Shown here in pieces: positions 27,894 through 36,693 of a stretch of DNA of 36,819 bases (position 1 is the first letter of the stretch; each line of letters opens with the position of its first letter). The position numbers and the translations under genes are program-made. Source of the DNA: Clostridium sp. CAG:1193 (GTDB lineage: Bacteria > Bacillota_I > Bacilli_A > RF39 > UBA660). The stretch covers positions 8,018 to 44,836 of the forward strand of contig HF990822.1 of NCBI GenBank assembly GCA_000436255.1. The letters are read 5' to 3'. A model generated the notes under the pieces. It was not told the origin of the DNA and did no database searches. It worked only from the letters and a program-made list of their open reading frames with translations.

Positions 27894-29693
27894 ATGGCAG
27901 TAACTAAAACAAATTTTATAAATTATGCAAGATGTAAAAGATATGTGGCATTAGATGAGTTAAAAAAAGATAAATTAAGTAAGTGTATTAGCTATGAAGA
28001 GTACAAAAAAGAAGAAGAATCTAGCGAACTTAATGAATTATTAAGTGAGATGTATGATGATGATATAACTGATCAGGACAATTCTGAACTTTTAGTAATG
28101 CTTCCTTACTATAAGGAAATAGAATTACTTGCAGAAAAAAAAGTATTTGAATTATTTGGTGGAAAAACTATATATGCACTTGATACTAAATGTCAAAAAT
28201 CATTTACATTTGATGAAAATGGATGTAGGTATTTATGTTATGTTGATATATATAATGAAAACGATGAAGTAAATATAATAGAAGTTAAAGCAACTACTAG
28301 TAAAAAATATTTAGAATTAAATGCTGGGGATGAAATGTTTTATAAAGATGATATGGGTATATATCATTTAAAAGATGAGTATTTTGATGAAAAGAAGATA
28401 AAAGAACAAAACTCTAAAATAAATAAACTACTAGATAAATATGATCCTTGTGGTAAGTATATATACGATGTAGCAGTGCAAAGGATGATTATAGAAGGAA
28501 ATTTAAAGTATGATAAATTTACTTCTAAGAAAATTAATTATTATCTTGCCACTTTAAATCATGAGTATATATTTGATGGTACGTATGAAAATGCTAAACC
28601 TAAGTATACTAATGATATAATATGTTTATTTGATGTAACTAATATAACTGAATATTTGCAACGTAAAGTACTTAATGATAAATTAGTAATTAATAAATAT
28701 ATATCATTAATGGACAAATCAGCATGTAATTTAGGAGAATATTGTGAATATAAAAGAAAAAGCAAATGCAAGTTTACAAAAATATGTATGAGGCATATTC
28801 CCAAATATAATTCATCTTTAAGTTATATGAATAATGGATTTGGTTTTAAAGATGAATGCGGTAATATTCATAAAGGATTAGATTTAATAAACGAAGGGTA
28901 TATTAATATGCTTGATGTACCTTTATCTTGGATTAAAAATAAAAATCATATTATTGAAAGAGAGGCTTTAATAACACATAAGCCATATATTGATAAAGAA
29001 AAAATAAAGCTAGCACTTAATAATATTAAATATCCAATATATCACTTGGATTTTGAAACATTTCCATGCCCACTTCCTCGTTTTAAAGGGGAAAAGTGTT
29101 ATACACAATCTCCATTTCAGTTTTCGCTTCACATAGAAAGATATCCAGGAGTTTGTGATAAAGAAAAAGATCATTATGAATTTTTATCAACTGATATGGA
29201 TAAAGATGAAAGATATGACCTTGTAAAAAAATTATGTGAATATATTAAACCAGATGGTACTTTATTCGCACAAAATGTATCATTTGAAAGATCTAGATTA
29301 AAAGAATTAGCTAATACTTTTAAAGAATATAAAAACACTTTACTTAAGATATGTGATACTGCTTATGATTTGCTTTATGTTGTAAAAGGAAATTCTAAAT
29401 TTTATGAAAGTATGGGATATGATAAAAAAAGTGCTAAAGTAGTTAATTTTTATGATGAAAGATTATCTGGCTCTTATTCAATAAAAAAAACACTTCCTGT
29501 ATTTAGTGATTTAAAATATGATGATATGGATGTAAAAAATGGTACAGAAGCACTTGTTACATATGCAAGATTTAAGCATATGGATAGTGTAGAATTTAAA
29601 AGTATGTATAATGCTTTATTAGAATATTGCAAACAAGATACGTGGGCAATGGTTGTAATTTTAGATAAAATTAGAAAAATTGTAAATAAATAA
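27894..29693 (+). CDS. Two-nuclease protein: N-terminal Cas4/RecB-like PD-(D/E)xK domain plus C-terminal DEDDy-type exonuclease-like domain; resembles the DUF2779 family from memory
   Basis: D118...E130-V-K132 (YVDIYNEN..NIIEVKATTS). Cys14 plus cluster C278/C284/C292/C298. D386-F-E388-T, N461-VSFE465, Y578-CKQ-D582. The start is 8 nt after the polA stop, with an AGGTGAG SD. Confidence 0.6.
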   Translation: MAVTKTNFINYARCKRYVALDELKKDKLSKCISYEEYKKEEESSELNELLSEMYDDDITDQDNSELLVMLPYYKEIELLAEKKVFELFGGKTIYALDTKCQKSFTFDENGCRYLCYVDIYNENDEVNIIEVKATTSKKYLELNAGDEMFYKDDMGIYHLKDEYFDEKKIKEQNSKINKLLDKYDPCGKYIYDVAVQRMIIEGNLKYDKFTSKKINYYLATLNHEYIFDGTYENAKPKYTNDIICLFDVTNITEYLQRKVLNDKLVINKYISLMDKSACNLGEYCEYKRKSKCKFTKICMRHIPKYNSSLSYMNNGFGFKDECGNIHKGLDLINEGYINMLDVPLSWIKNKNHIIEREALITHKPYIDKEKIKLALNNIKYPIYHLDFETFPCPLPRFKGEKCYTQSPFQFSLHIERYPGVCDKEKDHYEFLSTDMDKDERYDLVKKLCEYIKPDGTLFAQNVSFERSRLKELANTFKEYKNTLLKICDTAYDLLYVVKGNSKFYESMGYDKKSAKVVNFYDERLSGSYSIKKTLPVFSDLKYDDMDVKNGTEALVTYARFKHMDSVEFKSMYNALLEYCKQDTWAMVVILDKIRKIVNK

Positions 29694-29766
29694 ATGTAAA
29701 GTTTTGTCATTTTAGTTGCAATAAGTTTTTGATTGTATTATTCTTATTTTAGGAGAGTGATATTAT

Positions 29767-29961
29767 ATGATATATCCTTCAATAGATAAATTACTTAATG
29801 TAGTTGACTCTAAATATGCTCTTGTGCATGTGGCATCAAGAAGAGCAAGACAAATGTATGAAAATAGTTTTTATCAAATGAAAGAAAAAGACTATAAATC
29901 TAAGAAAAACATAGGAAGAGCATTGGAGGAAGTTGCTGAAGGCTTAATACATATAAGATAG
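29767..29961 (+). CDS. rpoZ: RNA polymerase omega subunit
   Basis: MIYPSIDKLLNVVDSKYALVHVASRRARQM matches the Firmicute RpoZ N-terminus. SD AGGAGAG. Confidence 0.85.
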   Translation: MIYPSIDKLLNVVDSKYALVHVASRRARQMYENSFYQMKEKDYKSKKNIGRALEEVAEGLIHIR

Positions 29962-29989
29962 TATTAAGTTTTTTTGTTAAGGAGGTACT

Positions 29990-30751
29990 ATGAAAATAAA
30001 TAAATTTAAAAAAGTTGGTTTGAATAAATATAAAATATACTCTGATAATGGTGTATTAACTATATATGAAGATGTAATATTAAAATATAATTTACTTTAT
30101 AAAAAAGAAATAGATGATACTTTATTAGAAAAAATAAATATGGATAATTATAAAGCATCTATTTACGATAGTGCACTTAAATATATAGGTGTAAGGATGC
30201 GTTCGGAAAAAGAAGTAAATGAATATTTATTAAAAAAAGGATTTAGTTTAAAAGATATTGATAATACTATAGAAAAGCTTTTATCAAATGGGTTATTAAA
30301 TGATACCAATTTCGCAAAAAGTTATATAAATGATAAATTATATTTAACTAATAATGGACCGGATAAAATAAAGTGTGAATTAATTAAACTTGGGGTAGAA
30401 GAAAGTATTATAGATACTTTGTTAAAAGAAATAGATAATAAATTATTGAATGATAAATTATGTAAAATAATAGATAAAGAGATAAAATTAAATTCTAAAC
30501 TACCTATTATTAAACTTAAGAATAAAATAATTAATAGATGTATTAATTTAGGATATAAAATTGATAGTATTAATGAAATATTAAGCAATATAAATATATG
30601 TAGTAATAGTGATATAAAAAAAGATTATGATAAGTTATATTCTAAATATAAAGATAAATATGATTCATATAAATTAAGATCATATTTAAAGGGAAAACTA
30701 TATCAAAAAGGGTATACAATTGATGAGATAAATAAGGTAATTGATGAATAA
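29990..30751 (+). CDS. recX: RecX-family regulatory protein
   Basis: Repeated three-helix modules: ALKYIGVRMRSEKEVNEYLLKKGFSLKDIDNTIEKLLSNGLLNDTNFAKSYI. Length 253 aa. SD AAGGAGG. Confidence 0.65.
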   Translation: MKINKFKKVGLNKYKIYSDNGVLTIYEDVILKYNLLYKKEIDDTLLEKINMDNYKASIYDSALKYIGVRMRSEKEVNEYLLKKGFSLKDIDNTIEKLLSNGLLNDTNFAKSYINDKLYLTNNGPDKIKCELIKLGVEESIIDTLLKEIDNKLLNDKLCKIIDKEIKLNSKLPIIKLKNKIINRCINLGYKIDSINEILSNINICSNSDIKKDYDKLYSKYKDKYDSYKLRSYLKGKLYQKGYTIDEINKVIDE

Positions 30752-31757
30752 AAAAAGACCAAAATTTTGGTCTATTTTTTTCTTCTTTAGAATTTGATTT
30801 TTGACTATTCATATAGTGATCATATTTAATTTTTAATTCTGCATCATATATCTTAAGATTGTTTTTCTCTCTTAACCATTCCATTGCAAATGTAGATATA
30901 TTTGAAGTATTATTAATTAATTCATTTACTAATGTATTTTTTATATTACTTTTAATACTTTCTAATTTTGGTTTTTCTTTTTGATCTGTTTTAAGTATTA
31001 TATGATAACCAAATTTGGTCTTTACAGGTTCTTTAGTATATTCTCCAACTTTAAGATTAACTGCAGCATCTTCAAATTCAGCTGCCATTTCACCTCTATT
31101 AAAGTAACCTAAATTACCGCCATCACTTGCACTTGAATCTTCTGAATATTTTTTAGCTAAATCTTCAAATTTTTCTCCATCATCTAGCTTTTTAATTATT
31201 TCTTTAGCTTTTTCTAATGCTTTTTCTTCAGCTTTTTTCTTTTCATCATCAGTAGCACTGCTAGATGCATCTGATTTAATTAATATATGACTTGCTTTAA
31301 TATCTCCTATAGCTTTTTCCTCATAATACTTATTAATATCTTCATCTTTAATTAAAGTATTTGCATATTCTTTTACAGCAAGTTCTCTTTTGTAAGCCAT
31401 TTCAATATAATCATATAATTGTTTTTCAGTGCTTACACCATAATAATAGTTTATAGCACTTTCAAAATCTGAACCAAATTGACTTTTTAGTTTAGTAATT
31501 TGAGCTTCTATTTTTGTTTTCATATCAGAAGTTGTTTCATATACTTTATTTAATAATAGTTTATCTATTGAATTAATAATCGCATATGTTCCATAAGTAT
31601 CCTTTAATTCTTGATAAAACTCTTCAGTAGTTATTTGTAATTTATTATCCATTTCAACTACAAGTTCAGTTCCATCTTTTAATTTTGGTATTTTTCCACA
31701 ACCTGTAAGCATTAATAATGCAAGGGATGCTATAATTCCTTTTTTTAATGATTTCAT
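30642..31757 (-). CDS. prsA: Foldase lipoprotein PrsA (parvulin PPIase); the annotated 3' end probably overruns the true stop
   Basis: Lipobox LLMLTGCG. PPIase core IKASHILIK...GGNLGYFNRGEMAAEFEDAA...KFGYHIILK. SD AAGGAGG. The last 43 codons are antisense to recX and cross the terminator. Confidence 0.85.
   Translation of the reverse strand: MKSLKKGIIASLALLMLTGCGKIPKLKDGTELVVEMDNKLQITTEEFYQELKDTYGTYAIINSIDKLLLNKVYETTSDMKTKIEAQITKLKSQFGSDFESAINYYYGVSTEKQLYDYIEMAYKRELAVKEYANTLIKDEDINKYYEEKAIGDIKASHILIKSDASSSATDDEKKKAEEKALEKAKEIIKKLDDGEKFEDLAKKYSEDSSASDGGNLGYFNRGEMAAEFEDAAVNLKVGEYTKEPVKTKFGYHIILKTDQKEKPKLESIKSNIKNTLVNELINNTSNISTFAMEWLREKNNLKIYDAELKIKYDHYMNSQKSNSKEEKNRPKFWSFFIHQLPYLSHQLYTLFDIVFPLNMILIYMNHIYLYI
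30750..30781. terminator. Bidirectional terminator between recX and prsA
   Basis: 18-nt perfect palindrome AGACCAAAATTTTGGTCT (30756-30773), flanked by an A-run on the left and a T-run on the right. Confidence 0.8.
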
Positions 31758-31893
31758 TTTCTATCCTCCTTGTGATTACATTTAATATGATAACAAAAAA
31801 CAAATAAAAATACAATAATTTCATTATAAGTAATCACACTATTAACTATTTTGCCATACAATAATGTGAATAGATGAAAAGGAGGAATCGATT

Positions 31894-31977
31894 ATGGGTC
31901 ATGGTTATGGCAGTGGAGCTGCTATCGTACTTGTACTATTTATAATATTAATAATCGTAATAGGTGCCTACATTTAA
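31894..31977 (+). CDS. Tiny (27 aa) Gly-rich/hydrophobic peptide, YjcZ-like sporulation small-protein type
   Basis: Not in the ORF track. AGGAGGA lies 6 nt before the ATG. MGHGYGSGAAIVLVLFIILIIVIGAYI*, a Gly/Tyr head plus one TM as in Bacillus YjcZ-family peptides. Confidence 0.55.
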   Translation: MGHGYGSGAAIVLVLFIILIIVIGAYI

Positions 31978-32003
31978 ATAAGTAAGTATAAGGAGGTGTA
32001 AGA

Positions 32004-32111
32004 ATGTCTTGTGGAAATTCTTGCGGAAACACTTGCGGAAATACAGGATTTGTTGTAGTAATAGTACTTTACATATTACTAGCAATAATTCTAGGATCAA
32101 TTATATGCTAA
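32004..32111 (+). CDS. Tiny (35 aa) Cys-Gly-Asn repeat/hydrophobic peptide, YjcZ-like
   Basis: Not in the ORF track. AGGAGGTG lies 5 nt before the ATG. MSCGNSCGNTCGNTGFVVVIVLYILLAIILGSIIC*. Followed directly by a terminator. Confidence 0.55.
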   Translation: MSCGNSCGNTCGNTGFVVVIVLYILLAIILGSIIC

Positions 32112-32135
32112 AAGATTGAGAAATCAATCTTTTTA
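32112..32135 (+). terminator. Rho-independent terminator after the tiny-peptide pair
   Basis: Stem AAGATTGA (32112-32119) / TCAATCTT (32124-32131), loop GAAA, then TTTT. Confidence 0.7.
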
Positions 32136-32147
32136 ACTAGGAGGATT

Positions 32148-32750
32148 ATGAGTAAAATTATTGGTATAATAGGAAGATATGATAATAAGGATGGAGTATC
32201 TTTTGTAAAATGTAATAGTGAGATTATAAATGCAGTTAAAAAGTGTGGTGGAATACCTTTATGTATATTAGAAGTAGATAATATAAATACAGTTTTAGAT
32301 TTATGTGATGGAATTATAATGCCTGGTGGAAATGATATAACTACATTTGATAAAAATGTATGTAAGTATGCAATAAAAAAAGATATTCCTATACTAGGTA
32401 TATGCTTAGGAATGCAAATAATGAGTTGTTATAATAAGAATGAAGATTTAAAGAAAGTTTTAAATCATAATAGTAAGAATAAATATGTACATGATGTATA
32501 TATAAAAGATAATACATTATTAAGTAATATAGTAAGAAAAACTATAAGGGTAAATAGTAGACATAATGAATGTGTAAAAGATACATCTTTATATAAAGTA
32601 AGTGCGGTAAGTAGTGATGGAGTTATAGAAGCAATTGAATATGATAAAAATAAATTTAATCTAGGAGTACAGTGGCATCCTGAATCAATGATAGATTATG
32701 ATGATAACGCTTTTAAATTAATTAAATATTTTATAGATCAATGTCAATAA
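32148..32750 (+). CDS. Class I glutamine amidotransferase-like / peptidase C26 gamma-glutamyl hydrolase family protein
   Basis: Nucleophile elbow ILGICLGMQIM and GVQWHPE His-Glu motif. SD AGGAGG. Confidence 0.75.
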   Translation: MSKIIGIIGRYDNKDGVSFVKCNSEIINAVKKCGGIPLCILEVDNINTVLDLCDGIIMPGGNDITTFDKNVCKYAIKKDIPILGICLGMQIMSCYNKNEDLKKVLNHNSKNKYVHDVYIKDNTLLSNIVRKTIRVNSRHNECVKDTSLYKVSAVSSDGVIEAIEYDKNKFNLGVQWHPESMIDYDDNAFKLIKYFIDQCQ

Positions 32751-32803
32751 AAGACATTTTTCTTTTTTTTACTTAATATAATACTTTTATAAGGAGGGGT
32801 ATA

Positions 32804-33487
32804 ATGCCTATAATTGGAATAATTTCAAATCCATATTTTGATCATGATAAGTCAGAAGTAGCACAAGTAAGTGCTAATGTAGTTAATTTTGTAAATAGCG
32901 TAGGTGCAACACCTATATCAATATTGCCTACAAATGTAGATGAATTTCATAAGAGTGATAAAAGTAATTTAAAAAAGCCTACTATAGAAGAGTTAAAAAA
33001 ATTAAAAAATGTTTTAAGAATGTGTGATGGAATAATTAAACCGGGTAGTTATTTCTTTTTCCCTTATCAAGAAGAAATATATAAATATTCTCTTAGATAC
33101 AATATCCCATATTTAGGAATATGTAATGGACTTCAGCTTATGTCAAGATGTATAGATAAATCTAAAATGGAAAGAAATAACAGTGATATTTATCATACTA
33201 ATACATTTCATGAAGTTGATATAGAAAAAAATTCTTTACTTTATAAAATAATTGGTAAAGATAAGATTGTAGTAAGAAGTTTTCACAATTATCATGTTCC
33301 ATCTACTACTCATTTTCTGGTAAATGCAAGAAGTAGTGATGGATATATAGAAGGTATGGAAAATACGGATAGTTTATTTAATTTAGGAGTACAGTGGCAT
33401 CCTGAGGCAAATTTACATGATGAAGATAGTGTAAAACTATTTGAAAGCTTTATTGATGCGGCTAAAGTATATGTAAAAAAAGGTTAA
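32804..33487 (+). CDS. Second peptidase C26/GATase-like paralog
   Basis: YLGICNGLQLM and GVQWHPE motifs. SD AAGGAGGGG. Divergent from the upstream copy. Confidence 0.7.
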   Translation: MPIIGIISNPYFDHDKSEVAQVSANVVNFVNSVGATPISILPTNVDEFHKSDKSNLKKPTIEELKKLKNVLRMCDGIIKPGSYFFFPYQEEIYKYSLRYNIPYLGICNGLQLMSRCIDKSKMERNNSDIYHTNTFHEVDIEKNSLLYKIIGKDKIVVRSFHNYHVPSTTHFLVNARSSDGYIEGMENTDSLFNLGVQWHPEANLHDEDSVKLFESFIDAAKVYVKKG

Positions 33488-33540
33488 TTTGACAAAAAAT
33501 ACCGCAAATGATACTATAATGCAACAAAAGAGGTGGCATT

Positions 33541-34302
33541 ATGGTATACACATTTAATAGTGATATGAGTGATGGCGTTATGAGTGGCATGAAAACTTTA
33601 TATAAAGATAAAAGTATAAGTGAAATAAAAGAAGAATTATTAAAAAGAAGACGTATTTTAGGCGAGAAGATCGGTATTGATGGTACTAAAATAATTGTAC
33701 CTTATCAAGATTTGACTAAACATAAAAGTGGACATTATGAAGATATGACAGATTCTATAGAATATATAATGAGTGAAAATAAAGACGTTGATTTATGGAA
33801 TTTTGATGTACCCTGTGATATTATGTTAATTAGATCAAAACTAGAAGGTGTTGCGCTTGCATATCCTGTTGCAGATTGTCCAGTAATTGTTGCAAGTACA
33901 AATAATGTTTTAGCACTTGCACATTGTGGTTTAAGAGAAATCAATAGATACCTTCCATCAATGGTTATAGATGCAGTAAGAAGTGTTTCTAAAAATAATG
34001 AAGAGGTAAAAGTAAGTATTAGTCCATGTGCATCAAGTAAGACTTATATATATGAAAAATATCCTTATTTTTTAGGTGATGCATATAAAAATGCAATAAA
34101 AGAAGAAAAAGATGGATACCATATAAACATGAAATATGCAATAATGATGCAATTGATAGATAATAAAGTATTAGATGTAAGATTTAGTAAAAAAGATACT
34201 ATATCAGATAATACATTATATTCTAATTATGCTTATAGACATGGACATGAAGAAAAGCAAGGAAGATTTTTATCGGGTGCTTATTTTAAAAAATACAGAT
34301 AA
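33541..34302 (+). CDS. YfiH/PgeF (DUF152, 'laccase-domain') family protein, divergent
   Basis: Family-like motifs PVADCPVIV, ALAHCGLRE (in place of HAGWRG) and ISPCASS. Length 253 aa. SD GAGGTGG. Confidence 0.5.
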   Translation: MVYTFNSDMSDGVMSGMKTLYKDKSISEIKEELLKRRRILGEKIGIDGTKIIVPYQDLTKHKSGHYEDMTDSIEYIMSENKDVDLWNFDVPCDIMLIRSKLEGVALAYPVADCPVIVASTNNVLALAHCGLREINRYLPSMVIDAVRSVSKNNEEVKVSISPCASSKTYIYEKYPYFLGDAYKNAIKEEKDGYHINMKYAIMMQLIDNKVLDVRFSKKDTISDNTLYSNYAYRHGHEEKQGRFLSGAYFKKYR

Positions 34303-34318
34303 CTTTCTGTATTTTTTT
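34292..34318 (+). terminator. Rho-independent terminator overlapping the preceding stop codon
   Basis: Stem AATACAGA (34292-34299) / TCTGTATT (34306-34313), then a T-run. Confidence 0.7.
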
Positions 34319-34384
34319 AAATGCATTCGCCTAATTTCTTGAAAAGCATATACTATTAGTGATAAAATAAAAGTAGGTGATTTT

Positions 34385-35116
34385 ATGAAGATAAAGGATG
34401 TAAATGTTAATTATGTTCAGTATGGAAATAAAAAAGGTAAAAATGTAGTTCTTTTACATGGTTGGGGTCAAAATATTAAAATGATGGATCCAATAGGTAA
34501 AGGGTTGATGAAAGATTATTATATAACTAATATAGATTTACCTGGTTTTGGAAGTAGTAGTGAACCAACTTATGGTTATACTGTGTATGATTATTATGAA
34601 GTGGTTGACGAATTATTAACTAAACTAAATATTAAAAATCCAATTATGATAGGGCATTCTTTTGGTGGAAGAATATCAATTATATATGCAGCTAAAAAGA
34701 AAGTAGAAAAACTAATCTTATTAGCATCTCCATTTAGAAGAAGTACTAAAAAAAGTACATTTAAAGTAAAACTACTTAAATTTTTAAAGAAAGTTCCAGT
34801 AGTTAAAGAATTAGAAAGCTATATGAAAACAAAAATTGGGTCAGCAGATTATAGAAATGCAAGTCCTATGATGAGAACTATACTTGTAAATACAGTAAAT
34901 GAAGATTTAACTGAGTATTTAAAGCAAATAGATGCTCCTACTTTATTAATATGGGGCAGTATGGATACAGCTGTACCACTAGAAGATGCAAAGTATGCTG
35001 AATCTATTATGACTGATGCTGGACTTATTGTATATGAAGGTTGCACACATTATGCATATTTAGAGAGAATAGATCAAACAATAAATATACTTAATAATTT
35101 TTTAGGGGGTAAATAA
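34385..35116 (+). CDS. Alpha/beta-fold hydrolase
   Basis: Oxyanion LLHGWG, nucleophile elbow GHSFGG, and C-terminal ...GCTHYAYLE containing a His. SD AGGTGA. Confidence 0.75.
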   Translation: MKIKDVNVNYVQYGNKKGKNVVLLHGWGQNIKMMDPIGKGLMKDYYITNIDLPGFGSSSEPTYGYTVYDYYEVVDELLTKLNIKNPIMIGHSFGGRISIIYAAKKKVEKLILLASPFRRSTKKSTFKVKLLKFLKKVPVVKELESYMKTKIGSADYRNASPMMRTILVNTVNEDLTEYLKQIDAPTLLIWGSMDTAVPLEDAKYAESIMTDAGLIVYEGCTHYAYLERIDQTINILNNFLGGK

Positions 35117-36681
35117 TGATAATTATACTTACAATAATATGGCTTATGTATATGTTTTATAGAACAAAAAAAGCATTACATATGTTACAGCAAAATCTAT
35201 ATGATGATGATCTTAGATACATAAAATGGATTAAAAATAACTTTAATAAAGTTATGTTATCATTTCATTTATCACAAGTATTTTTAATATTTTTTATACT
35301 TTTTGTAAAAAAAGGTGTAATTATACCAGTTATGTTTGGAATAATATATTCACTTTTATTTATATATAGTTTTGGAATTAGCCATAAAGAAATTATAAAA
35401 AAACCATTAGTTATTACAGCAAGAATTAAAAGATTATTAATAACATTATTAATAATACATTCACTTGTAATATATTTATTATGTGTAAAATGTAATGTTA
35501 ATTATTATTTAGTATTAACTATACTTGCATATTTAGAATTCTTTATAGTACTTATTGCAAAAGTTATTAATATACCAGTTGAAAAATGTGTATTTCTAAG
35601 TTTTAAAAACAAAGCAATGAAGAAATTAAAAAGTATGCCTAATTTAGAAGTAATAGGTATTACAGGAAGTTATGGTAAAACCAGTAGTAAAAATATATTA
35701 AATGAAATATTAAGTGTTAAATATAATACTTTAAAAACCCCAAAAAATTTAAATACTCCGTATGGTTTAATTATGACAATAAATAATAATTTAGATAAAT
35801 TTGATGAGATATTTATTGCAGAAATGGGAGCATATAAAGTTGGTGAAATAAAAGAATTATGTGATTTAGTACATCCTAAGTATGGAATACTAACAAGAAT
35901 TGGTAAAGCACATTTAGAACTTTTTGGTTCAGAAGAAAATATTCAAAAGGGTAAATTTGAACTTATTGAATCATTACCAGAAGATGGTGTAGCAATACTT
36001 AATAAAGATGATCCTATGCAAGTAAATTATAACTTAAAAAATAAAGTTAAAATATTATGGATAGGAATTGATAATGAGGCTGATTATAATGCTACTAATA
36101 TAAAAGTTTCAAACTCAGGAACAACTTTTGATTTAATAATTAATAAAGATAAAAGTAAATATAAATTTGAAACAAAATTATTAGGGTATGCAAATATATA
36201 TAATATACTTTCAAGTATTGCATTAGCACATTATTTAGGTGTTAATATAAAAGAATTACAAAGTGCTGTAAAAAGTGTAAAACCAGTAAGTCATAGACTT
36301 GAAATAAAGCAAAATAATGATATATACTATATAGATGATGCATATAATTCAAATCCAGTAGGTTCTAAAATGGCACTTGATGTATTAAACCTAATGAATG
36401 GTAAAAAGATAATAGTAACACCAGGGATGATTGAATTAGGAAGCATTGAAGATGAAGAAAATAGAAAATTTGGCGAATATATTGCAGATGTATGTGATGA
36501 AGTAATACTTATTGGAAAAAAACAAACACACGCGATACAAGAAGGATTAAAAAATAAAAAATATGATGAAGCACATATACATATATTAGAAAATGTAATA
36601 GATGCATTCCCACTTATTAATAAACTAAAGGGAAGTGCTACATACGTTTTGCTTGAAAATGATTTGCCAGATATATTTTAA
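35116..36681 (+). CDS. murF: MurF-type UDP-MurNAc-peptide--D-Ala-D-Ala ligase core fused to an N-terminal polytopic membrane domain
   Basis: About 5 hydrophobic helices in residues 1-160. P-loop GITGSYGKTSSKN. IAEMGAYKVGEIKEL...TRIGKAHLELFGS, NKDD, SHRLE and DDAYNSNP motifs. The ATG overlaps the upstream stop (TAATG). ddl follows. Confidence 0.75.
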   Translation: MIIILTIIWLMYMFYRTKKALHMLQQNLYDDDLRYIKWIKNNFNKVMLSFHLSQVFLIFFILFVKKGVIIPVMFGIIYSLLFIYSFGISHKEIIKKPLVITARIKRLLITLLIIHSLVIYLLCVKCNVNYYLVLTILAYLEFFIVLIAKVINIPVEKCVFLSFKNKAMKKLKSMPNLEVIGITGSYGKTSSKNILNEILSVKYNTLKTPKNLNTPYGLIMTINNNLDKFDEIFIAEMGAYKVGEIKELCDLVHPKYGILTRIGKAHLELFGSEENIQKGKFELIESLPEDGVAILNKDDPMQVNYNLKNKVKILWIGIDNEADYNATNIKVSNSGTTFDLIINKDKSKYKFETKLLGYANIYNILSSIALAHYLGVNIKELQSAVKSVKPVSHRLEIKQNNDIYYIDDAYNSNPVGSKMALDVLNLMNGKKIIVTPGMIELGSIEDEENRKFGEYIADVCDEVILIGKKQTHAIQEGLKNKKYDEAHIHILENVIDAFPLINKLKGSATYVLLENDLPDIF

Positions 36682-36693
36682 AGGAGTGATATT

